The notes beneath the pieces are model-generated. The model made no database searches. It was not told the DNA's origin and saw only the letters and a list, made by a program, of their open reading frames with translations. Of a stretch of 64,000 nt of DNA, positions 8,903-19,521 are shown piece by piece. Source of the stretch: Spirulina sp. (lineage in GTDB: Bacteria; Cyanobacteriota; Cyanobacteriia; Phormidesmidales; Phormidesmidaceae); the NCBI GenBank assembly GCA_044070495.1, contig JBIPSI010000008.1, positions 64,001-128,000 of the forward strand, given 5' to 3'. The position numbers were made by a program, and so were the translations under genes. The first letter of the stretch is position 1. Each line of letters opens with the position of its first letter.

Positions 8903-9454
8903 CTACCAACGTTGGGGAGTAAAGTTATCATCATTGAGAATCACGACGCTATCCCCAGACTGGGCCAGTACAAATAATCCCTGACGATAGGCATAGCGGG
9001 CTACCGAGTTGGGCACCACCATTCCGGCCACCGCACCCATGGCATTCACATCGGCATAGCGAGGCATCAGCCGCTTAAACTTGCCCAGTCGCTCTAGGTG
9101 ATCGTTGACATCGGCTTCCGTCAATTTGCTTTTCACCTCGACCACGATGGCGTCCGTGGTATTCACCACCAGCAGGTCAATTTCAATGCCCTCATTGCCA
9201 CGTTGCACCAAAATGCCATCGTGGAATTCATGGACGGCAATACCCCGTTCTTGAAACAACCGCACCACCGCCGGACGCACCTGCCATTCCACAAACTCGC
9301 CCAAACGGTTGCCCAGCTTGCCCAGTTGCTCGTTGAGGTGTTGGTTTTGCTGTTTGATCAACCGTCGAGTTTCCTCAAGCTGGCGATCCGTTTCCTTTTG
9401 GGCAGCGGCAAGTTCGCCCAACACACGCCAAACATCATCCGCCGTAGTGGCCAT
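8903..9454 (-). CDS. DUF3782-like coiled-coil plus PD-(D/E)XK protein
   Basis: MATTADDVWRVLGELAAAQKET coiled coil, GNRLGEFVE, EIDLLVVN...VEVKSKL. Confidence 0.75.
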   Translation of the reverse strand: MATTADDVWRVLGELAAAQKETDRQLEETRRLIKQQNQHLNEQLGKLGNRLGEFVEWQVRPAVVRLFQERGIAVHEFHDGILVQRGNEGIEIDLLVVNTTDAIVVEVKSKLTEADVNDHLERLGKFKRLMPRYADVNAMGAVAGMVVPNSVARYAYRQGLFVLAQSGDSVVILNDDNFTPQRW

Positions 9455-9632
9455 AGGGCACCCGCCAAATCTTGACCTACGCCCATGCTAACACCGCTGC
9501 TCGGCTACAAAGCGGTACAGGTCGAGACCCGCTTTGGCAGATTGACGATAGCAAGATTACTGGTGATCTGGAAGCGGTTCAGGATAGTCCTACCCACGTC
9601 AGTATTTTACCAATCGATACCTGGAGACTAGG

Positions 9633-10163
9633 GTGATGACATGGAAATTTAGCTTATCAGCAGAATGCGGTTTAGATGAAAGCAAAGCGAAGCTGTTCTC
9701 CCAATATTTTGATGGAGTGATTTGGACACTCTCCAATGGCCGCCAATGCCAATGTCGAACTGCTACTTTCCAGGATATTGAAGAGAATTGGTGGTGCCAG
9801 GTCTGTCCCAATAATATCAGCGAGATTGGAATCGAGTCTCCTGAAAGTGAATATTCGATGACAGAGTTAGGAATTCTCTTTTACCAACATTTGCGTTCTG
9901 CTCCCAAGTTTCGATATGCCTTAGTTGGAGTCGAAGTCGATGAATTCAGGACTTACAGCGAGTTATTGGAAGATTTTTCTGCGTTATCTATCCCAGGTTT
10001 AGTTTTAGCTGTTGAGGTTGGGCAAGAAATGGAGCTATCCCCAGTTTATCGCCCCTTCAGTCCTGGCTATGTTTGGCTACCCTATGAGGGTGAAATTTAT
10101 AATCCACTAATGGCATCTCCAATCCTGAAGAACAAGCTGAACAAATTATTACTGGCAAGCTAA
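9633..10163 (+). CDS. Hypothetical protein, integron-type gene cassette ORF
   Basis: 176-aa AT-rich ORF with no recognisable domain, followed 19 nt later by an attC-like site. Confidence 0.7.
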   Translation: MMTWKFSLSAECGLDESKAKLFSQYFDGVIWTLSNGRQCQCRTATFQDIEENWWCQVCPNNISEIGIESPESEYSMTELGILFYQHLRSAPKFRYALVGVEVDEFRTYSELLEDFSALSIPGLVLAVEVGQEMELSPVYRPFSPGYVWLPYEGEIYNPLMASPILKNKLNKLLLAS

Positions 10164-10182
10164 TTGAGCCTATTGAGAAGCG

Positions 10183-10268
10183 GCATAACAAATCGATGGA
10201 GCCGACCACCAAGAGTTATCTGTTGGATGTTACAGATTATCTAAGTCGGCTCATCTCAATCGTTAGAC
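10183..10268 (+). mobile_element. attC-like integron cassette recombination site
   Basis: R'' GCATAAC, 5-nt spacer, L'' arm GATGGAGCCGAC, central loop, L' arm GTCGGCTCATC, 6-nt spacer, R' GTTAGAC. The L'' arm has one unpaired extra G. Confidence 0.75.
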
Positions 10269-10353
10269 AGATTTAGTCGCATAGGGTAGTGGTAAAAGCC
10301 TCCCCGTAAAGGCATCTTGCTGGATAGTTTGTATTTCATTAATGGGCAGGGGT

Positions 10354-13300
10354 CTAAAATCCCATCGGAAAAATTCCGGCTTCTAGGCGTTGGGCTTCTT
10401 CTAGCTTTTGCTGGAGCTGGTCGCGTCCGGCGGGGCTGTGGAGGATGGGGACAGTTTCGAGCAGGGCGGGGAAGGTGATGACATCCCAATCGTTGGGTAA
10501 GTAGCAGGAAACTTCGGCCCGCTGGAGCCAGATTCGCTGGCTTTCGGGGTGCCAGATAAATTGGCTGCGGGGGCCAAGGGCGAGGGCGGCGAGGGTGGGC
10601 TGGCGGGGGCAGTCCTGGGGGTTGGTGCCCTGGAAACTGGGATCGCGGTAGCGGGGTAGGGGGATGGGCTGAAAGCTGACCCGATAGTCGTGGGCCTGCA
10701 CCCCTAGGCGGGTGGCTTCGACTTGGATGCCCTCCACGCCGACGGCAAAGACGAGGTGGTGACGGAACTGGGCGCTGGGAAAGCCGATGCTGGCCAAGCT
10801 GGGGGGCAGTTCGTAGCGGTTGATGCCCGCCGCCAGGAGGGAACCCAGCAGCAGAATTTTTTGAAAACCGGGCACATCCCATTCGCCCACCAGGCGCTGA
10901 TCTCTGGCTTCGGCGTAGAGGTTGGCGAGGGCGCGGAGGCGGGGGGCGGCCTGGAGGTCTAGGGCGATCAGTTCCTGCACGTTGAGGGTTTCTTGGCCGT
11001 AGGCGCGGAGGGCGGCGGGGGTGCCACCGTAGACGGCAATGTCGGGGGCTTCGCGCAGGTAGATGGCGAGGCTGCGGCGAAAGGCGAGGTATCGCGGATC
11101 GTAGGGGTCGGCGGGGGCAAAGGCTTGGTCGATCAGGCTAGCCAGGTGAGCCTGGAACCCCACCGCCTGCTTGAGGGTGGCATCGATGCCGATATCTTGG
11201 CCGTTTCCCACCATGGCGGCATAGAAGGTTTCGTGGAGGCTGGCCCCTTGCTGGGCGAGGGCGTGGTAGGTGCGAATGGGGACAGTGAGGTCGTGGAGGG
11301 GGTCGGCAAGCTGGGGCACCCGCTGGGCCAGCCAGGGCCAAAAGTCGGCATCTAGACCGTGATCTCGCAGGGTCGCGTACACCAGTTGATCGGCGGCGGC
11401 GGTTTGGGATTGGCCCTGGAGCCACTCCAGCAGCAGCCCCCGACCGTTGGCGTAGGCTTGGGTGAGGGGATAGCCTGCCTTTTCGCTGCGGGACACCAGA
11501 ATAGACAGGGTGTTGCCACCGTTGAGTCGGCTGGCTTCGGTGGGGGAAAGGCGGGGGCTGAGGCCCAGGCGGGTGGGGTCGGTTTTGGCAGCGTCGGCCA
11601 GGGCGGTGGCGAGGGTTGGCGTATGCTGCGTCGCGAGGGTTCGCAGTTGGTCGGTAATCTGTTGACGCAGGGCTTGCTTTTGGCGTTCGTTGTCAACGAT
11701 CTGCCTCGCCAGGGTAACTACCTCGGCGGGGTAAACCCCGGTTTCTGGAAATTGCACGATGCCCAGAGCCAGGGAAATCGCGCCTTCCTCGGCCCCAAAG
11801 GTAACGTTGGGCAGTTTGGAGAGCACCTCTGGGGTGCTGGCTAGGCGGCGGCTTTCTAGCTCGGTGGATCGCTCTAGGTGGCGCACCAGGCCATAGCGCA
11901 GCAGCGGCCCCCAGGGGCTACCATCGGCCACCCATGGTCGCAGCACCAGTTGTTTCATGGACAGGGATTGCTCGTCGCGCCAGAAGGATCCCACTATTCC
12001 GGCCCCGGCGGTGATGGGTCTGGCCTCTGGGGTACGCAGCAGCGGGTCGTGCAGGGTACGCAGGGAATGATCCAGCATCCACAGCGATTCCGCCGGATCT
12101 AGCCCCGCCGCCCGACTCGATTCGACATAGATGGGCATGAAATACTCCACAAAAAAGCGGTCGGTATTGAACCGCTGCCCCGACCGATAGGCCTCTAGCT
12201 TGCCCTGTTGCAAATCGGCGGCGAGGGCGGTGATGAAGGGGCTAGTCTGCAAAAACCAAAAGAATTTACGGTCGAGGTGGGGCGACAACGCCGTCCGAAA
12301 TTGCGCCCTGGCTCGGTTGTAGGCCGCTTCGGAAAGGGGCGGTACCACGGTGCCATCGCGCAGGGTAAACCAGGCCCCATCCCGCCGAAAGGCGTAGCTA
12401 GCCCCCTCAATCAGCGGCACCGACTGACGCAGGGGCAACCCTTGCATGGTCATCCCCAGGCTGGTGGCGATTAGGTCGGGGTCGAGGGTGAGGGCGAGGG
12501 AACCCGGTGGCGGTTGACCCGTAGCTTGCAGCTCGATTTGGGGATCTTGCCAGGGGCCAGTCACCCGCAGGTTGCCCTCAAAATGCTGGTCGGGGGCCAG
12601 GGGCAGGGGTTGGCCCACCAGGCGCTCCAGTTCCGCCGCCGCCACCGAGGGCACCTGGGCGGTGAGGTCATACCCCTGGGGATCCACCTGCCCCGCCGCC
12701 GTTAGGAACAAGTTTCCCAATTGCAGGTGAGTATCGTGCAGCGTTGCCCGCTGGCCCTGGAGCCACAGCCCGCCCTGCCACCGCAGCGGCTCCGCCACCC
12801 GCCCCAGTTGGCCTTTGCCCCTGGCTATCACTAACCCTTGGGCCTCGGTCTTGGCGAGGTTAGGCCGACCCGTACCATCCAACGGTACCGTCAGCGACAC
12901 ATGGCCGTTGACCACCCCGGTTTGCAGCGTAATGGGTGTCGGCAGTAGGGCATTGAGGGGCGTGAGGGGCAATTGGGCCGCTTGCAACGTCGCTTTAGCC
13001 AAGGATTCAGGACTCGTGCCCACCGTGCCAGGATTGGGCAGGGTGCCGCTGAGGGTAAACTGGCCCTGATCGAGTTGGCCCGCCAGATCAAAGGCCATGG
13101 CCCCTGTGGCAGGGCGAAGGACGGATCCCTCAAGCCCCTCTATATATAAGTGGGATGTCCCGGTTTCTCCCAACACCGTGACCTGCCCCCCTTGGATATG
13201 TACCGCCGCCAGGCGGGGCCGACTGTCCTGATCTGGATTGTTCTGATCGCGACTGTCCTGATCCTGGCTCTCCTGGGTAGAGGTCGCCAAATCCATGGGG

Positions 13301-13827
13301 GATAAGGCCCAGGGAAAATCTCTAGGCGCTAGTACCGTGATCTGCGGCTGATCGAGGGTAACGGTCAACCAGGGATCGGTGCCCTTGGCCCAGGCCAGCC
13401 CATCCAGGCCAAGGATGACGGTGCTAATTTGCCCGTGCCACGGTTTACTCGGTTCTGGGGGAAATTGCAGCGGGCCAAGGTGAAAACCCCGTCTGGATAC
13501 CCCTTGCAGACCTCCCAGGCGCACCGGACGCTGGAAATGCTCTGTCAGTTGGGTTTCCCCATAGCGTTGCAGGCTGTGGGCCAGATAGAGGGTGCCCGCC
13601 CCTCCCGCCAGCAACAGCCCTAGCACGAGGCCATGGCTCCAGGTCAGCGTGGGTGGTTTGGCGACCTTGACCCTTGCCACCTTAGATCGGATGGCCTTGG
13701 GTTTGACGGTCTCAGATGGGACAACCTTGGATCTTGATGGCGCGGGACGAGTGCCAGGGGAGGGCAGCAGACTTTCTAGGAACCAGCCTAGGCCAAAGAA
13801 GGGACGGGGGGGACGAGATGGGGTCAT
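10354..13827 (-). CDS. Membrane-anchored AsmA/TamB(DUF748)-like N-terminus fused to an unknown ~680-aa C-terminal domain
   Basis: TM helix GLVLGLLLAGGAGTLYL, then RPVRLGGLQGVS and Gly-rich beta-strand repeats up to LRVTGPWQDPQI. The remainder is unrecognised. Confidence 0.6.
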   Translation of the reverse strand: MTPSRPPRPFFGLGWFLESLLPSPGTRPAPSRSKVVPSETVKPKAIRSKVARVKVAKPPTLTWSHGLVLGLLLAGGAGTLYLAHSLQRYGETQLTEHFQRPVRLGGLQGVSRRGFHLGPLQFPPEPSKPWHGQISTVILGLDGLAWAKGTDPWLTVTLDQPQITVLAPRDFPWALSPMDLATSTQESQDQDSRDQNNPDQDSRPRLAAVHIQGGQVTVLGETGTSHLYIEGLEGSVLRPATGAMAFDLAGQLDQGQFTLSGTLPNPGTVGTSPESLAKATLQAAQLPLTPLNALLPTPITLQTGVVNGHVSLTVPLDGTGRPNLAKTEAQGLVIARGKGQLGRVAEPLRWQGGLWLQGQRATLHDTHLQLGNLFLTAAGQVDPQGYDLTAQVPSVAAAELERLVGQPLPLAPDQHFEGNLRVTGPWQDPQIELQATGQPPPGSLALTLDPDLIATSLGMTMQGLPLRQSVPLIEGASYAFRRDGAWFTLRDGTVVPPLSEAAYNRARAQFRTALSPHLDRKFFWFLQTSPFITALAADLQQGKLEAYRSGQRFNTDRFFVEYFMPIYVESSRAAGLDPAESLWMLDHSLRTLHDPLLRTPEARPITAGAGIVGSFWRDEQSLSMKQLVLRPWVADGSPWGPLLRYGLVRHLERSTELESRRLASTPEVLSKLPNVTFGAEEGAISLALGIVQFPETGVYPAEVVTLARQIVDNERQKQALRQQITDQLRTLATQHTPTLATALADAAKTDPTRLGLSPRLSPTEASRLNGGNTLSILVSRSEKAGYPLTQAYANGRGLLLEWLQGQSQTAAADQLVYATLRDHGLDADFWPWLAQRVPQLADPLHDLTVPIRTYHALAQQGASLHETFYAAMVGNGQDIGIDATLKQAVGFQAHLASLIDQAFAPADPYDPRYLAFRRSLAIYLREAPDIAVYGGTPAALRAYGQETLNVQELIALDLQAAPRLRALANLYAEARDQRLVGEWDVPGFQKILLLGSLLAAGINRYELPPSLASIGFPSAQFRHHLVFAVGVEGIQVEATRLGVQAHDYRVSFQPIPLPRYRDPSFQGTNPQDCPRQPTLAALALGPRSQFIWHPESQRIWLQRAEVSCYLPNDWDVITFPALLETVPILHSPAGRDQLQQKLEEAQRLEAGIFPMGF

Positions 13828-13857
13828 GGGTTGGGCATGGGGAGGCAGACGGTAGCG

Positions 13858-16800
13858 CTAGAAGTCGCAGATCTGACGATCCTGGGGGCTGAGTCCTTCC
13901 CCGTGGCGCAGATAGTCCTGTACCCAGTCGCAGGCGTAGGCGATGGGGTCGAGGGTGAGAATTTGCTGGATATCCCACACCACCAGATGGCCATTGTCGC
14001 TGCCGGAGTAGAGGAACTGGCCCCTGGAGTCAAACAGTAAGGCGGTGATGATGCCCCCCTGTCCGGGCAGGGTTTTGGTGAGGGTGCCCGCTCGGTTCCA
14101 GAGCTTGATGGTGCCATCAATGCCGCCCGTGGCAATCATTTCGCCATCGGGGCTAAAGGCGACCCTGGTAAGGCCCTCGCTTTGGCCAGGGATGGCTTGG
14201 TAGGGGCCGTTGGGATAGGCCCAGAGGTGCAGGGTATCGTCTAGACTCGTAGCCGCCACAAGCTGACCATCGGGGCTAAAGGCCACCCCCCACACGGCTC
14301 CGGCATCGGTAATGGGCGTAGCGACTAGGGTGCCATCGGTGCGCCAGAGTTTGACGGTGCCTTCCTCGCTGGCTGAGGCTAAAACCTCCTCTCCAGGATG
14401 GAAGGCCAACTGCCAAATCCGCGAATTGTGGGCCTTAAATTGGGTGAGAATTGTCCCCGCCGCATCTCGAATTTGAATCGTGCCATTGTCGCTGCCCACC
14501 GCTAGGGTAAAGGGCGACGGGCTGGAGGCCGAATTGGGACGCAGGGCCAACCCAAAGCCACTGCCCAAGGTGGTATCGGGCTGCCATAGGGGCGGATCAT
14601 CGGGACGGGGTAGGGCGCTCATGTCTAGGCGGTAGAGGCCTGAGGTGCTGGCAGTAAAGAGGATCTGGCCTGTGGGGTCAAAGCTGCCTGCCCTGGGGTC
14701 GAAGGCGAAATGGCCTTGCAGTTCCAGATCGCGCCAAAGTTTCATCTCTAGGGCAGAGCCCAGGGAGGCCAAGGTACGGCCATTGGGACTGAGGGCGAGG
14801 GACCAAATGGTATCGCTGTGTCCGGTCAACTCTCGCATCAGGTAGCGGTTGCGCTGCCACAGGCGCACAGTGCCATCGTCGCTGGCGGTGGCGGCAAAGG
14901 TGCCATCTGGCCCCAGGGCGGCATCGCGAATGGTGGCCCGATGACCTTGCACGGTGCGGATAAAGGTGCCATTGCCCTGCCAAAGATGGCCCTTCGCGTC
15001 TTTGCTGCTGGCGACAATGAACCGACCATCGTCGCTACAGTCTACCCCCAGCAACGCGCCACTATCGGGGGGTTTGAGGTCGTGGAGGAGGGTGCCCTCT
15101 AGGCTCCAAACCTTGAGGGTTTGGTCGGAGCTAACGGAAACAATCTGGTTGGTGCCTGGGCAAGTGGCCACATCCCACACCTCGGCCTGGTGCCCGATCA
15201 AGGGGGGCTGTTCCTCGCCCTGAATGGTCCACCGTTGCAGGGTGCCATCCACCACCGCCGCCACCAGCCCTTGGCTGTCGGGGGTAAAGGCTACATTCCA
15301 GGGAATTTGTGAGGTGGGCCAGGTCTGGGCTAGGGTGCCGTCGCGATGCCACAGGCGAATGGTGCGATCTCCCCCCGCCGAGGCAATCCACTGGCCATCG
15401 GGGCTGGCATCTACCCCCCACACAGGCTGGTCGTGGGCCTGAATCTGGTGCAGCCGCTGCCCGTCTAAGCTCCACACCTGCACGGTGCCATCCAGGCTGG
15501 CGGTAATCACCCGCTGGGAATCGGCGCTAAACACCACCCGATGGACGGTATTTTGATGCTCGAAGGTTTGGAGTAAACGGCCATCCTTGGCCCATAGGCG
15601 GGCAGTTTTGTCGTTGCTGCCCGTGGCCAGCCATTGACCATCGGGGCTAATGTCCACGGTCAACACGCCGCCCTGGTGCTGGGTAAGACGGTTCATCTCA
15701 TTGTTGCCAAACACCGTCTGGATCAGCGCCGCCTCCACCTGCTGGGCCAGGGCCGGGTCGGAGTTTCGCACCCGCCGCTGGGCACGGTAGGCACGGATGG
15801 CCTCTACCATGGCCGCAAGCTGCTGGTGGGTATTAAACAACCCCTGGGAGGAGGAGGCCAATGCCTTCACCTCGCTGGCCTTGGCCCATTGATACTGCCG
15901 CCAACTCATCCAACTGATACCCAGGGCACCCACTAAGGCGGTGGACACCACCCCCAACAGCACGGTTTTGAGATTGGCCACCTGGCGGGCTTGGCGCAGA
16001 CGCAGGTTTTCCGCCTGGAGCCGCTCGGTTTCCAGCTTTTGCCGAATCCGCTGCTGTTCGGCCTCCTGGCTGGCCTGGAAAAAGCGGTAGTCTAGATCCC
16101 CTAGCCGACGATTGTGCTGCTTGGCCCAGTCCAGCACCCGCCGCAGACTTTTGCCCCGCAACAGGCGCGACTCGTCGGTATAGCCAGAGGCCGCCCAGGC
16201 ATTGAGGGCTTCGGCGTAGGGACGCAGGCCATCGAGTTGGGCCTGCACCCAGGTTTCGCAAAACACCGCCCGGTAAATGGGATTTTTGACCTGAAGTTGT
16301 CCTGCCCGCTGCACCACTAGGCCCGACAGTTGCAGGTCAGTCTGGGCAAGGCTGTTATCGAGGGGCACGCCTCCCTCGGCCAAAATCTGCTGGTAGAGAT
16401 CGAGCAGCAGGGCGGCCCGCTGTTCGTCGTAGAGCAGGCGGTTGCGGATGGTACGCAGGTGTTCGGGGTTGTCCTGGCTTTCCCAATGGTCAATGATGCG
16501 GGTCTGCACCAGGTTGGTCACCCAAATCGCCTCTTCTCCCGACGGAATGGGATATAACTCGTGGGCCTGAATCTCGCTGATCACCTGCTGACACAGCTTT
16601 TGGGTGAGGAAGGGTTGGCCCCCCGTCCAGTGCAGAATGGCCGCTAGGATGGCTTCGGGCTGACCCATCTGCGGCGCAAATCCGGTGAGGAGGGGCTGGC
16701 TTTGGCCGGGGCAAAAGTCCTGGAGGTCGATGGCGCGGCCAATGTTGAAGGGCGTGCGTCGGGGGTCGCGAATCAGATCCGAGGGCGTGGCCACCCCAAA

Positions 16801-17352
16801 CAGCCCCCAGGTGAGGCGACCATAGTCGGCCTGGTGTACCCGCTGCTCGTGGCAGGCGCGAATGAAGGCAAAGAAATCATTGGCGGAAAAGTCGAGGCTG
16901 AGAACGCTGTCGATTTCATCTACCAAAATAAACAGACGGCTGTGGGGCAGGTGGTTAACAATCTCGTCGATCAGCAACCGCAGTTGTTGCACCAGGGGCA
17001 GATCAGCCCATTCCTCCCAGCGGGCCTTGAGGTTAATGTCCCTCAGTAAGTCCAGATCCCGCAGCAGGGCCACCATCATGCCCCGATACCACTGTTCGTA
17101 GGACACCTGATCGCTGCCCAACTCCGTCATATCCAGATAGGCACAATGATAGCCAAGCTGGCTCAGACGATACTGCACGCGGGTACGCAGGCTCGATTTG
17201 CCCATCTGGCGGGCATTGAAAACGTAGCAAAATTCTCCGGCCAATAACCCTTCATAGAGTCGTTGATCCGCCTCTCGCACCACATAGGTGGCGGCATCGG
17301 CGGCGAGACTGCCACCGACCTGGTAAAGCGTTTGAACAGGACTGACGGTCAC
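13858..17352 (-). CDS. AAA-like (AAA_35) ATPase, TM helix and WD40 repeat protein
   Basis: YQVGGSL...YVVREAD, Walker [10 protein letters not shown], Walker [28 protein letters not shown], and about 14 WD40 repeats. Confidence 0.92.
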   Translation of the reverse strand: MTVSPVQTLYQVGGSLAADAATYVVREADQRLYEGLLAGEFCYVFNARQMGKSSLRTRVQYRLSQLGYHCAYLDMTELGSDQVSYEQWYRGMMVALLRDLDLLRDINLKARWEEWADLPLVQQLRLLIDEIVNHLPHSRLFILVDEIDSVLSLDFSANDFFAFIRACHEQRVHQADYGRLTWGLFGVATPSDLIRDPRRTPFNIGRAIDLQDFCPGQSQPLLTGFAPQMGQPEAILAAILHWTGGQPFLTQKLCQQVISEIQAHELYPIPSGEEAIWVTNLVQTRIIDHWESQDNPEHLRTIRNRLLYDEQRAALLLDLYQQILAEGGVPLDNSLAQTDLQLSGLVVQRAGQLQVKNPIYRAVFCETWVQAQLDGLRPYAEALNAWAASGYTDESRLLRGKSLRRVLDWAKQHNRRLGDLDYRFFQASQEAEQQRIRQKLETERLQAENLRLRQARQVANLKTVLLGVVSTALVGALGISWMSWRQYQWAKASEVKALASSSQGLFNTHQQLAAMVEAIRAYRAQRRVRNSDPALAQQVEAALIQTVFGNNEMNRLTQHQGGVLTVDISPDGQWLATGSNDKTARLWAKDGRLLQTFEHQNTVHRVVFSADSQRVITASLDGTVQVWSLDGQRLHQIQAHDQPVWGVDASPDGQWIASAGGDRTIRLWHRDGTLAQTWPTSQIPWNVAFTPDSQGLVAAVVDGTLQRWTIQGEEQPPLIGHQAEVWDVATCPGTNQIVSVSSDQTLKVWSLEGTLLHDLKPPDSGALLGVDCSDDGRFIVASSKDAKGHLWQGNGTFIRTVQGHRATIRDAALGPDGTFAATASDDGTVRLWQRNRYLMRELTGHSDTIWSLALSPNGRTLASLGSALEMKLWRDLELQGHFAFDPRAGSFDPTGQILFTASTSGLYRLDMSALPRPDDPPLWQPDTTLGSGFGLALRPNSASSPSPFTLAVGSDNGTIQIRDAAGTILTQFKAHNSRIWQLAFHPGEEVLASASEEGTVKLWRTDGTLVATPITDAGAVWGVAFSPDGQLVAATSLDDTLHLWAYPNGPYQAIPGQSEGLTRVAFSPDGEMIATGGIDGTIKLWNRAGTLTKTLPGQGGIITALLFDSRGQFLYSGSDNGHLVVWDIQQILTLDPIAYACDWVQDYLRHGEGLSPQDRQICDF

Positions 17353-17394
17353 ACCATGGAGAAAAACTAGATCAGATGCTATTCCAAGGTCAGT

Positions 17395-18765
17395 TTAGCA
17401 ATCCGCATAGAGGGCGGCAAAGTAATCTCGACATAGGGAACAGCGCACCTTAGCTCGCCCCCCCTCAAACTGCACCAACCCCATAGCCTCTAGGCGGCGG
17501 GCAATGGGAGCCGCCAAAGCAACGGGTTCCTTGGCGTTAATCACCTGCTGCCACGCCTCTTGCAGGGCCGGAGACTGCTGGAAAATCAGCCATAGCCGAT
17601 GCAGGTACTCCCGGTAAATACCGTCATCGGTGGCGGCCTGATCCACCAACCGCTGCACCGTCCACCGCCCGGTCTGAAGCCAGTAGAAGGCCAGCTGAAT
17701 CAGGTAGGGATGTCCGCCTACCCGCGCTGTCAAGGAGGCGATATCCCCCGGGCTCAACGCTATATCGGCTAGGCCGTAGCGTTGCCCTAGGGTGTCCACC
17801 TGTTCTGGGGTAAACAGCGGCAGATCGAGGGGTAGCCCCACATTAAAGGGAGACTGATGGGTCTGCAACGGCAGATCAAACTCGGCGGCATAGGCCAGCA
17901 CCAGCCGCAGTTTGCCCCACTCCGGGCCAGATCGAGCCTGCTCGTACCAAGACCGCAGCATGGCCAAAAAGTTGCTGGCAATGTGGGGATGCTCTGACAG
18001 GTGATGCAGGGTGTCGATGGCAATCACCACCGGGGATGTCAGGTGGCCAAGCACCTGATCTTGAATGAAGGTGGTGCAGCTTAGCTTGCTGCCCGCACTG
18101 GCAAACCAGTAGTCGTCCACCTTGAGGTTGAGGTTGAGTTTTTGGCTGATGGCCCAGCAAAACCAGCGCAAAAAGGCATCCAGGCTATCTAAGGCATCGG
18201 CATCAACCTGACGCATATCCACCAAGGCCACGGACATGCCCTGCTGCTGCGCCCGCCCTAGGATCTGATTCATGAGTGAGGTTTTGCCCAGGCCCCAGGC
18301 CCCCTTAATGCGGAGCAGACTGCCAGGCTGTTGCAGGGCGGCACTGGCCATCTCCTCTAGCGGCGGGCGTTCCACATACCAGGGCGACTGAAACGGCAGG
18401 GGAGATCCCGGAAACTCCGGGGACTTGTCCATCATCTCGGTGGGCAGTGGAATCGGATTCACCCCAGACGCTACTCCCGCCCCCCCCGATGACTGGTTGG
18501 CAATTTCGGCCAAAATTAACCGCAGCCGCTTCTTGCTGACCGGATAACCTAACCGCTGGGATAGCGTTTGCCATAGCTTGGAGCCAATATCTTTGAGATA
18601 GCCTTCTTCATAGCCCGTATCAATGGCCATCTCCCGATACAACTGATCTTGCCAGGTACGAACAAAGACCAATTCTTCGACATAACTCAACTGCTGTGGA
18701 TCCAGGATTTGCCTAACCAGATCCAGAGCCGTTTTAACATCCATGGATGGTGATGACAGAGACAT
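17395..18765 (-). CDS. N-terminal HTH-like domain plus AAA-like (AAA_35) protein
   Basis: N-terminal YREMAIDTGYEEGYLKDIGSKLWQTLSQRLG, then YVERPPLE, GAWGLGKTSL, QSPFNVG, GGHPYLIQL. Confidence 0.88.
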   Translation of the reverse strand: MSLSSPSMDVKTALDLVRQILDPQQLSYVEELVFVRTWQDQLYREMAIDTGYEEGYLKDIGSKLWQTLSQRLGYPVSKKRLRLILAEIANQSSGGAGVASGVNPIPLPTEMMDKSPEFPGSPLPFQSPWYVERPPLEEMASAALQQPGSLLRIKGAWGLGKTSLMNQILGRAQQQGMSVALVDMRQVDADALDSLDAFLRWFCWAISQKLNLNLKVDDYWFASAGSKLSCTTFIQDQVLGHLTSPVVIAIDTLHHLSEHPHIASNFLAMLRSWYEQARSGPEWGKLRLVLAYAAEFDLPLQTHQSPFNVGLPLDLPLFTPEQVDTLGQRYGLADIALSPGDIASLTARVGGHPYLIQLAFYWLQTGRWTVQRLVDQAATDDGIYREYLHRLWLIFQQSPALQEAWQQVINAKEPVALAAPIARRLEAMGLVQFEGGRAKVRCSLCRDYFAALYADC

Positions 18766-19041
18766 TTACACTTTCATATTAAAGAGATCAACGGTACCCA
18801 CGCCGGAAAAAGAGCGCCACAATTACGAGAAAATACCGAGGCTTTTCTATGGTACCGCCAATACTAAAGCTATTTGCCTTCAAAATACCTAGGAATTTTG
18901 CTGATTGTCAGCTTCTGTCACTATTGCGCCGAGACAAGCCTTGAGTCACTATAGAACGGCTCCTTTGCCCAATTCCGAATCCTTTCTCAAATCGAGACTA
19001 GATCAATCAATCAATGGTGCGAGGGTCGCCACGCGCATCGC

Positions 19042-19090
19042 AACAAACTAAACAGACTAAACAAACTAAACAGACCAAAAAAACTAAACT
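19042..19090. repeat. Five tandem 9-bp direct repeats AACA(A/G)ACTA
   Basis: AACAAACTA AACAGACTA AACAAACTA AACAGACCA AAAAAACTA in the divergent intergenic region. Confidence 0.85.
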
Positions 19091-19219
19091 ATATCAATTC
19101 TAGAAATAGCCTATTGATAAGGATGATGGTTCCCACGTATTCTCTCCCCGCTGCCTAGCCCTAGCCCGCCGATTACCAATCCTCAGCCGATCACAAACTT
19201 GCTCGATTGCGCTGATCTG

Positions 19220-19335
19220 GCCCTCGCCCTAAATCCTTCTCCCAACGTGGGAGAGGGACTTTGAGGGGCTTTCTAGCTCCCCTTCTCCTGGGGAGACGCT
19301 TCGCAAACGCCCTCCTGGAAGAGGGGCTGGGGGTG
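19220..19335. repeat. CCCTCTCCC/GGGAGAGGG-type dispersed hairpin repeat
   Basis: CCCTCGCCCTAAATCCTTCTCCCAACGTGGGAGAGGGACTTTGA...CCCCTTCTCC...GGAAGAGGGGCTGGGGGTG. Confidence 0.7.
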
Positions 19336-19521
19336 TAGCTTGCTTCCCGTTAGGGTGGGCTGAGGGGACTCCCCAAGCAGGCAACCCAGCGCTATAGTCT
19401 GAATATTTGGTAGACTGGGCCGTCATTTGCCTGGGTGATCCAACCCTAGGGACTCCCGAAGTCTGCCCCTGTGAACCATGCCATCAACGATTGCCCTCAA
19501 CGATTAAGGAAGCCCCTCGCC

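Noticed and set aside
8021..9454. Complete restriction-modification system
   Set aside because: No methyltransferase, specificity subunit or helicase domain is present.
9485..9606. Second attC upstream of the cassette ORF (GCTAAC...hairpin CAAAGCGG/CCGCTTTG)
   Set aside because: No matching L arms or GTTRRRY end. At most a decayed site.
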